The notes beneath the pieces are model-generated. The model saw only the letters and a list, made by a program, of their open reading frames with translations. It was not told the DNA's origin and did no database searches. A DNA stretch of 64,000 nucleotides from an uncultured Erythrobacter sp. (GTDB taxonomy: Bacteria; Pseudomonadota; Alphaproteobacteria; Sphingomonadales; Sphingomonadaceae): assembly GCF_947492365.1 (NCBI RefSeq), contig NZ_CANLMB010000001.1, positions 1,476,874 through 1,540,873 on the forward strand, read 5' to 3'. Shown piece after piece: positions 7,632-16,600 of this stretch. The first letter of the stretch is position 1; every line of letters starts with the position of its first letter. The position numbers and the translations under genes are program-made.

Positions 7632-10600
7632 CTACCGCACGACTTTCGTCGAGCCATCACCAACCACGGCAAAGGCCGACCAGTAGAAGGGATGCGAAGT
7701 CTCCCGATCATCCATCAGAGCGACTTGCGAGAGGCGCAGCGCATCAGCTGTTGCGACATCAGACCCTTCGAACAGCCCGCCGATCAGGCGCGTGGTCGCG
7801 TTATAGTCGTCAGGAACCGGCCAATGGCTGGCAAGCACCGTGCGCCCCCCTGCCCCGACAAAGGCGCGAACCAGACCGTCCAGCGCGAACTCGCCGCGCG
7901 AGACGATGCCTGCCTCCAACGCCGCACCGACAGTCGCGCTGCCTGCCGTATCGCAGGCGGAAAGGATCACGAGATCGGCATCGATCCGCAGCGCGAAGAT
8001 CTCGGCAAAACTAAGCAGTCCATCCGAACCGTCATCGCCGAACGAGGTCAGCAGAGCCGGACGCGGCGGGCATTCGGGCTGAGGCGCGGTAACAAGGCCG
8101 TGCGTAGCGAAGTGAAGGATGCGGTACTCACCCAAATCCTCGCGGGCCTTGATAGCGGTGTCAGTGAAACCGTCCTTTGTGAGGACCGTCGCTCCGCCGC
8201 TTTGCCCTCCGCCAAGCCGTGAGGCGGCGTCGAAAAGCTCGTCCGATTTGATCGGGTTGGACCAGATATTCTCCGACCACAGGCAGTTCTCGCCGCCTGC
8301 AAGCGCCGAACGCGTGCCGGTCGAGCCAACCGGCCCATCTCCAATCGGCGTGTTCTCGCCCAGTCCAAGATAGGCCTTGTCAGCCGCGCTGGGCGGCGCG
8401 GCGCGGACGTCGCGGAAAGCCGTCGGTGCGACCGAGGTGGTGATCTGCGAATTGCGACCGAGCCACTGGACCCCGCGGAAATCGTAGTCATCGCCATCAG
8501 GCCCTTCGAGCCGCGCCTGATATTGCGCGACACTCGCATCGTCGGTCACCAACAGGTTGATTGGCAGCTTGAGCAGCGCACCATCAGGTTCGAAAACGAT
8601 ATGGGTGCGTCCCGGCAGGCGGTCCGCAATGGGTCCGAACAGACGCAGATAGAGATCGCGTGAGGCTTCGAGGTCGAACGGGAAGGTGACGACCTGCGCG
8701 CCCTCTGCAATCGCAATGCTTTCCCTGATGCCGAGAACGATATCCTCTAGCTCGTCAGGGGTCGCATCGACCCTGTAGGCCAGTGCCTCTTCGGGCGTAA
8801 TGTAGATCATGAAGGCTTCGCTATCGAGCTCCACCATCTTCACATAGGCTTCACCCGGACGCAGGATTGACTGCATGCCTGCCAGATCAATCGCCCCGCC
8901 CGATACCGCGCGGAACCGCGGATATTCGGCGAGTTTCTGAAGCACTTCGGCTTGCTGATCCTGCAAGGAAACGAGCCGCGACTGCCGCTCTGTCAGAATG
9001 GCGGCGGCTTGCGGATTGAGCTGCGCGTCACCTTCGATCTGGATGATCTGGGCGCGGGTTCGTTCAATCGAACGTCCCAGATTGACGCTCTGGCGGAACA
9101 ACGCGGATGCTTCATCGCTGCCACCTGACAATTCGCGCGCAAGCACTGCCTGGGTTTGCGCAAGGCCGGGGCGCAGCAGCAGCTGGCTGGCGGAGAATAT
9201 GTCGTCGGCGGCCTCCGTGCTTGCCCCATCGGCGAGCAGCAGGCTGAAATAGCTCGCCATATAGTTGCGCAGTGAAGGAGCTGGTCGCCCTTCGGCCTCG
9301 GCAACGATCTCGCGGTAAAGGCCGATTGCCTCGCCCTCGCGTCCGGTGCGCGCATAGAGCCCTGCAAGCTGTGCCTGCGCGCTATAAAGCGCGGGCGATT
9401 CCGGATAAGCGCTGTCGAGCAATGCGATGCCTTGCTTGTGCAGTGCCTCCGCACGGCCTGCATCGCCTGCCCCTTCGGACAGTTCGGCAAGCTCGCTTAG
9501 CACCTGCGCGCGCAGCCAGAGGATCGAGATGATCCTTCCGCTGCGCACTTCGGACAAAGTCGTATTGGCGCGCGAAAGACTGCTCGCTGCAAGCTCCACG
9601 TCGCCGAGCTGGCGCTGACTGGTCGCGCGCAGATAATCCGCTTGCCCGTCGAGCAATTGCGCACGCTCAATCGGTGTTAGGCTCATCGCAATGACGCCGC
9701 GTGTCGCATTGTCGCTTTCTGCCGCGAGGCGCCGCGCCATGGCAGGGCCGATCTGAAGGCTGCGAAGCGCCGTAGTGTCACCGAAATCGGTGCGGAGCGG
9801 TGCGTTCAGGATATCGATAGCGAGCGAAGGCTGGCCCTGATTGAGCGCATCGATGGCTTCGTAATTGCGCTGCAGCCGTGCGAGGACGGGGCTTGTCCCA
9901 GCTCCCCCGCTCGTCTGTTCGAAACGGCGGCGTGCCTCGGCGAAATTGCCCAGGTTGGACTGGAGCAACCCTTCGTTGAGCCGCGCTTCGATCTCGCTCG
10001 TGCCGGTCAGCGATTCTGCCGATGCGGCGAAGAATTCCGCTGCCTCAGCGAACTCGCCCGCATTGGCCCGGCGATAGGCCTCGTTCAAGGCCTGATCGGC
10101 GGTAATCGATTCGGCCTGTTGCCGTGCAAAGGCGAGGGTATCGGTGGTTTGGGTCAGCGGGATGTCGACCGTGCCCGGCACCAGCCGGTCATTTGCTAGC
10201 GAGGCTACCCCGAGGCTGAGGGCGCTGCGATAGGCTGACAGCCCGCTCGCTGCGAAGGTGCGGTTGCCGCGCTCTCCAACTAGCAATTCGGTGCGGATAA
10301 TACTGCCCTCGCGTGAGCAGATCAGGCGCTTGGCGCCTTCCAGCCCGCTTGGCATGTCAGCACCCGCTTGTTCGGAGCATGAGGCACCTGGGCCAGCAAA
10401 GCGAGCAGCCGCTTCGTCGGCGACACGCCCGCGCACAACCCACATCGTGCCAATAGGCGCGCCGGCATCGCGGCAGAGCAGATTGTATTTGCGGTCAAAC
10501 AGACCCGATCCGCGTTCGGGGGCCTGAATCTGCGCCTCGCACAGCCCGTTCGATCCGATGGGAAATGTGTCACGCAGGCTGACCGGATTTTGCGAAGCCA

Positions 10601-10694
10601 CCTGAGCGGTGTTGGGACTGGCCCAAAATGCCGCCGTTCCAACAGCTGCCAGCGCGCCGAGTGTAAGCAGAGATTTTCTGATTGTCTGGGTCAT
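7632..10694 (-). CDS. Signal-peptide-bearing TPR-repeat protein with C-terminal CHAT (caspase-fold) protease domain
   Basis: Start at the ATG at 10694 (MTQTIRKSLLTLGALAAVGTAAFWASP), 1 nt after the TpsA stop. The N-terminal domain contains four Cys. A long helical/TPR-like middle follows. The C-terminal CHAT motifs are ILHFATHG (His codon 8100-8102), LVILSACDTAG (Cys codon 7953-7955) and HPFYWSAFAVVGDG. Confidence 0.9.
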   Translation of the reverse strand: MTQTIRKSLLTLGALAAVGTAAFWASPNTAQVASQNPVSLRDTFPIGSNGLCEAQIQAPERGSGLFDRKYNLLCRDAGAPIGTMWVVRGRVADEAAARFAGPGASCSEQAGADMPSGLEGAKRLICSREGSIIRTELLVGERGNRTFAASGLSAYRSALSLGVASLANDRLVPGTVDIPLTQTTDTLAFARQQAESITADQALNEAYRRANAGEFAEAAEFFAASAESLTGTSEIEARLNEGLLQSNLGNFAEARRRFEQTSGGAGTSPVLARLQRNYEAIDALNQGQPSLAIDILNAPLRTDFGDTTALRSLQIGPAMARRLAAESDNATRGVIAMSLTPIERAQLLDGQADYLRATSQRQLGDVELAASSLSRANTTLSEVRSGRIISILWLRAQVLSELAELSEGAGDAGRAEALHKQGIALLDSAYPESPALYSAQAQLAGLYARTGREGEAIGLYREIVAEAEGRPAPSLRNYMASYFSLLLADGASTEAADDIFSASQLLLRPGLAQTQAVLARELSGGSDEASALFRQSVNLGRSIERTRAQIIQIEGDAQLNPQAAAILTERQSRLVSLQDQQAEVLQKLAEYPRFRAVSGGAIDLAGMQSILRPGEAYVKMVELDSEAFMIYITPEEALAYRVDATPDELEDIVLGIRESIAIAEGAQVVTFPFDLEASRDLYLRLFGPIADRLPGRTHIVFEPDGALLKLPINLLVTDDASVAQYQARLEGPDGDDYDFRGVQWLGRNSQITTSVAPTAFRDVRAAPPSAADKAYLGLGENTPIGDGPVGSTGTRSALAGGENCLWSENIWSNPIKSDELFDAASRLGGGQSGGATVLTKDGFTDTAIKAREDLGEYRILHFATHGLVTAPQPECPPRPALLTSFGDDGSDGLLSFAEIFALRIDADLVILSACDTAGSATVGAALEAGIVSRGEFALDGLVRAFVGAGGRTVLASHWPVPDDYNATTRLIGGLFEGSDVATADALRLSQVALMDDRETSHPFYWSAFAVVGDGSTKVVR

Positions 10695-10695
10695 C

Positions 10696-13600
10696 TTAGT
10701 TCCCCTCCACGCGGACGCTGCCGGTCGCACCCGGACCATAGAGCGAGCTGTCACCGCCGCTCGAGACCGGATCATCGATCGTGCCTTCTTCCTCATCCTC
10801 TGGCTCCACCATTAAGCCGGGGAAGTCGATGCCGAATTCGGTATCGGCCTCCGCCTCGGTTAGCGGAACCGGAGCAACACTTGTGATCGGGTCTTCGATA
10901 ATGTTCGGATTGTTGATCGGCAGGCTCACCTCAGAATTTTCGGGCTCCGGCGTAACGGGATCAGGGCCACCTCCGCTTCCACCATTATCTGGGCAGACTC
11001 CGGTGTTGATCAGACAATCATTGAATTCCGACGTGCCCGAATAGAAGGTGGAGGTTGAACTTCCGTCATTGTTGAAATTGACCTCGCCGAAGAAATCTTC
11101 GCCGGTGATCAGATTGCCCTGACCGTCAATTCGCGCACCATAGGCGAACACGTCGAGCCCACTTTCCGCATTGGTGGCACTATCAGGTGCAAAGATCGAC
11201 AGACCGCCATCGCCCACCAATATGCCACCTTGCGCAGTTTCGGTGCCGGTATTGCGGACGAGGAAACTAACGCCGGCTTCTACGCTCACACCACTTGCGC
11301 GGACAAAGCCAAGGGGATCATCGCTCCCACTTGCCGCCACACGCAACTGGTCGTCACGGCCTGAGAACAGAGAATCGTCCTGAAGCAAGGCAATCAAGTC
11401 GCTGTCAGCGATCCAGATATTGTCTGACCCCAGGAATATATTGCCTCCCGGATCGCCATTGGGGTTCAAGACGAACAGCCCGCCGGGCGTGACCACTTCA
11501 ATCCTCCCTCCGGCAAGCAGGCTTAGCTGGTCAGTTTCAGCTGCATCGTTCCATTGGACGAGACCGTCGACCCGAATGATGCCGCCACTGCCCGTGGCAT
11601 TGATAGTGACGCTCGAAACGCCATCATCAAGCGAACCGGCAATAACGGTGTCGCGGATGATGATGTCGGGATCGTTCGACCCAGCGCCCGGCAAAGCATC
11701 CTGCGTGAATGTAAAGTCGGTCACATCGATCCGCTGGAGCTCTTCAGCGATCGCGCTGTAGCCTTCGCCGGTCGCGTCACTATCAGGCGTACCTACTCCA
11801 CCAAGAACCGCTGGATCATCGGCGTTGATCGAGACCAGATTTACAATCGGAGCGCCAATCCGCGCGCCGTTTGCAATCACGATATCGTTGGACGTGAGGT
11901 TGAGTACGGCTCCGCCAAATCCGACATGATTGTCGTCATCTCCAAGGATGTTGATTATAGCCTGCGATTGAACGTCAACAATTGCAGTGGGATCCAATTG
12001 ATCGGGCCCGCCAACAATCCTTCCTTGCGAAGTCTCGACAGTGAAATCATCGAGCACATCGATTGTCATGTTGCCGGAAATAAGGATGTCTCCGCCAATT
12101 GCTCGGACGCTAGAGCCATCTGCGCTGCTGCTGGCCGTGCGGTCGCCCAGAGCAAATCCATTCAAATCGTTGACCGCAAGCTGGCCTTGCTGTGCGACTA
12201 CCGAGAATTCACCGCTTACATTCGGTACGCCGGAATCGTCATTGGCTCCTGAGCCGCTAGCACTCAGGTTCAGCTCGTCGATATTGACCTGAGGCGCGCC
12301 GACAACATCCGTGCTGCCGATCAACACATCGGCTGTGCCGCCAGAAGTCAGCCCGTCGATAGAGCTGACTGCGTCGCTGAAGAGCGAGACGGTGAAGATG
12401 TCGACGTTCACCGTATCGCTGAATTCAACAAAGGTGGAACCCGCTTCAGCGTTTCCGCCCGAAACTCCGGTCGCGGTGGTTCCCGATGCCGCATTGGCTG
12501 TCAGCAGCAGCTCGTCGAACGCGAATGTGCCGCCGATACCGCTGAACGATGCCGATCCTGCCAGACTGTCGCCGATGCTCTCGCCGCCATTGCCGCCGGT
12601 TGCATCGGAATGGAGCGTCATCGTTCCGGGTGAAGAATTCGCCGCAAGGATGGTCAGATCCGAGTTAACGAAAGTGGCAAAGACATCGCCGCCTGTGGCC
12701 GTCCCGCCAGTGCCGCCTACGCCATTGCCGCCTTGGGCGGATCCGCGCAAACTATTGACCCCGAACAAGTCTGCAGCCCCTCCGCTAAACCCGAATTGAA
12801 TGCCGCCACTGACACCTTCACCAGCTGTTGTGCTGTCACCCAATGCATCCCCGCCAGTTGCTTCGGAGAAGATGGTCAGCGTTCCATCAACCCCGACGGG
12901 CTGACTGGTGTAAGCGAGCGAGGAAATGGTCGAGTTGCTGAACTGGATATCGGCGGTGCTCGAACTCGCATCGCCGCCGCTTCCAACTCCGTTTCCACCA
13001 AAGACTTGTTCTCCAATCTGGATGAATGCTTCGCCGTTGGCATTGGTCAAAATGTTGATCACAGAATTGGTGACATTCCATTCGATGAAGCCGGATGTGA
13101 CATTGCCTCCATTCCCGTTGATCCCGCCATCGCCGCCGCTCGACGAGGTGGTGAAGAGACTGTTGCCGAACGTCGTCAGCGTGCTGTCGATAATGTCGTA
13201 GAACTCGCCGCCAGCCGTTGCATTGCCGCCATTGCCGGTGCCCGAACCGTCGCCGCCATTGGCGCCCGAACTGCCGCCAATAAACTCTCCTTCTACATCG
13301 CCACCATTGGTCAGGTTCATGAGCCGCTCGCCGCCGATTGCGTCGCCGCCACTGATGTCGAGATTTGAGTTGAGACTGCTGCCGCCATTAGCAAAGCTCG
13401 AGATGATGACCTGACCAAGATCAATCGAGGCATTGTCTGCGGAAATCGTGACAAACCCGCCTTGCGCGGTTCCGCCAACACCCCCGTCAACCGAACTTCC
13501 ACCGCCAAACGCTGATGCCTGAATTCCGTTGCCGATCTGGCTGTTTGGATCATTTGCTGGATCAGGCGGAAGCGTGATGTCGCCGCCATCCGAAACGTTG

Positions 13601-16600
13601 ATCTCAATATCGCCACCCAACGCGGAGCCACCAATACCAGACCCACCAGTCGTATCACCGCCAAAGCCATTGGACGAGATGATCGCGCCTCGATTGAGCG
13701 CATCGCTAAAGGCTTGCGGAGTATTGAGCTGTATCCTGACCTGGCTGCCTTGATCGCGAGAGCGAACAAAGGTGGAGCCGCCAAAACCGTCTCCGCCCGC
13801 AGCATCACCGACCCCGCCTTGACCGGAGGATGTCACTTGCGCTGAGCCAAGCGTAATCGTGCTTCCGTTATGTGCTTCGATCGTGGAGAGACCGCCCTGT
13901 CCGAACCCGCCTGAGCCCCCGATGCCGCTCGCTCCGCCAACACCGTTTGCGATCACTGCAGCGTTTCCGCTTACCGTCGCATCGCCGGAGATATTCGATC
14001 TAAACGCAGACAGGTCGCTGCGCCCTCCAAAACCGTCGCCGCCATCTCCTCCAGAAGATGATCCGCCAAAACCGCTGGTATCGAGAATGACGTCTCCATC
14101 GATGTCGATCGTACCGTCGGTCACGTCGATAAACGCCGCGCCGCCAATTGCCCTGCCGCCCGCGCTGCCGTCAGCGTTACCGCCAACGCCCTGCGAGATG
14201 AGTTGCGCGCCAGTAGCCTGGATCGTGCCGCCATTGACCGTATCCATCACGGCCTTGAAGAAGGTACTATTGCGGTTGCGAGCATCGTTGGTCGCCTCGC
14301 CGCCATTCTCACCCGAACCGCCAATTGCGTTCGCTGTCGCGCGGATATTGCCTCCGCTCAAACTTCCGGTGTCGACAAAAATTGCCGCAAGGCCCGAAGT
14401 GCCAGTGCCGCCGTCTCCGCGCAGGGTGCCGGTTCCGCCGCCAAGTCCGCCATTGCCGCCTGTGCCATCTGCCGTCAGCAATATGTCGCCGAATGTTGCA
14501 ACACCTGCACCGACCGAACCATCGGTGCCGATCAAGGTAAGGCCGACTGTCGAGGAACCACCTGTTCCGTCACCGCCATCGCCGCCATCTTGACCAGCGC
14601 CTCCTGCGCCGCCCACACCGCCAGCTCCCTGCGTAAGGATCAAAGCGAACCCTCCAACCGAAAGACTGCCGTTGTCACCGCCCGCAATTATCGACGCGCC
14701 ATTAAACTCGCCGTCGTTAAAGGCGTTGACATCAAGCTCGTCGCCGCCAATGCCGTCACCGCCGCGGCCAGCCAGGATATTCGCACCATCGCCGTCGCCG
14801 CCTGAGCCACCTCGGCCATTGGCGCGGGTTTGTGCATCACCGCCTATCGCGATCATACCGGTTTCGGTTTGCGTGCCTGCGGCCACAATGGTTGCCCGGC
14901 CACCGTGACCTGTGCCGCCATCGCCGCCAATGCCGATTGAGTCTCCGCCGAAGCCGCCTGCATTGGCACGTGCACGGCCGGTGATATCAATCTGACCAGC
15001 GCCGACGCGAATACCAGCGAACCCGCCAAAGGCATCGCCTCCGCCGGTTCCATCCCCGCCGGTTCCCTCGGCGTCGATCAGCAGATCACGGCCTACGCCG
15101 AGGCTAGAATTGCCTTGCACATCGATGGTTGATCCGCCGCCGATTGCCACACCGCCAGCGCCGGTGCCGTCATTATCACCGGCAGTGGCATTGGTATCCG
15201 CGAACAAATCTCGGCCAACACTCATCGTTCCGGTGTTCTCGATCATGACAAGCGCGCTCCCGCCTGTCGCGGAGGCGGCATCAGCGCCAGAATTGCTGTC
15301 ACCCGCTGTTCCGCGAGCGAGCAGACTTACATCGACTACAGCATCGAAAGTGCCCGCCGATCCTTCGATGGAGATTTCGGCGATGCCGCCATCGCCTGCT
15401 CCGCCGACACCAACTGCACCCAAGCTTAGTAAGGTGCCGCCTATGCCGTCTGCACGCAGCAACACATTGCCGCCTGCTGAGAAAGTTCCGTCAAGTACGC
15501 GCGCGGACGCAATTCCGCCTAAGCCATCGCCGCCGCCTTGCCCGTCACCGCCGAAGCCATCCGCCTCGACTTCAACTTCATCGCCCACAATGAGAGTTGA
15601 ATTGGCCTGAATATCAATCGTTGAAGTCCCGCCGTTTGCGAGCCCGCCAGCTCCGGATCCGCCATTGCCGCCGCCAATCGCAAGTGTGCTGATGAACAGA
15701 TCGGTGCCGATGGTCATTGATCCGCCGTTTTCGATCAACAGGTGCGCCTCACCTGCCGTGCCGACGGCGCCATCGCTGGCGCTGGAACTGAATCCAGCGA
15801 ACACGCCTGCACTCAGAGGAACATTGCCTCCAACGTCGACCGAGGCGTTGGGACCACTGATCACAATTTCTGCGAGACCACCGGTTGCAGCTCCGCCGAC
15901 ATCAATTGCGCCGTTTCCGCCAAAAGCGCCGGCATCGAGAGATAGATTGTTGGTAACTGTGACCTGCGCGTCGGTTACCGTCAGCATGGCTTGTCCGCCT
16001 ATGCCTTCGCCGCCCAGGTCCCCGTCTCCGCCGTTTCCTGCAGCAGAGCCCAACACCCCGCCAATAGCCATCAGCCCCTGATCTAGGGCCAACAACGAAA
16101 CCAGACCGCCAGAGCCGTTGCCCCCAACATGGCCATCGCCGCCTGCGCCTTCTGAACTGAGATCGACATTGCCCGCGGTCACGTCGCCTTCGATCGCGCT
16201 GAAGAACGATCCACCGCCCTGGCCTATGCCGCCATTACCGGCGATTGCATCAGTTCCGTTGCCTGCGCCGCCATTACCGCCAACGCCATCGCTGAATATA
16301 TCAATGTCACCAAAATCAGCGGTGCCGTTGCCGTCGCCAATTGTGGTCGTGCCACTTAACGTTGCATGGCCAACTTGGACAAAGCCGCCAGATCCATCCC
16401 CGCCATCGCCGCCGTCCTGATCAGTGCCGCCTGCGCCGCCCTGTCCGCCGACACCATTCGAACTGGCAAAGACGGTACCGCCCACCGAATAGGTCGCATT
16501 GTCTCTATCAGAGAGGAGAAAAGTTCCGCTGGAGAAGCCGCTTGCAGCCTGGTTTGCCACATTCTGGCCCCCAATAGCATCTCCGCCCCGGCCTGCTTCG

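Noticed and set aside
7490-10796. N-terminal extensions in the ORF track that create large gene overlaps: CHAT ORF from 10796, cyclase from 7552, fdsA from 39218, fdhD from 36128, dipeptidase from 51525, mobA from 39768, STAS from 20991.
   Set aside because: In each case an internal start gives a canonical N-terminus (signal peptide or conserved family start), a Shine-Dalgarno sequence and a tight stop-start junction with the upstream gene. The extensions are Arg/Ala-rich and overlap the neighbouring coding sequence.
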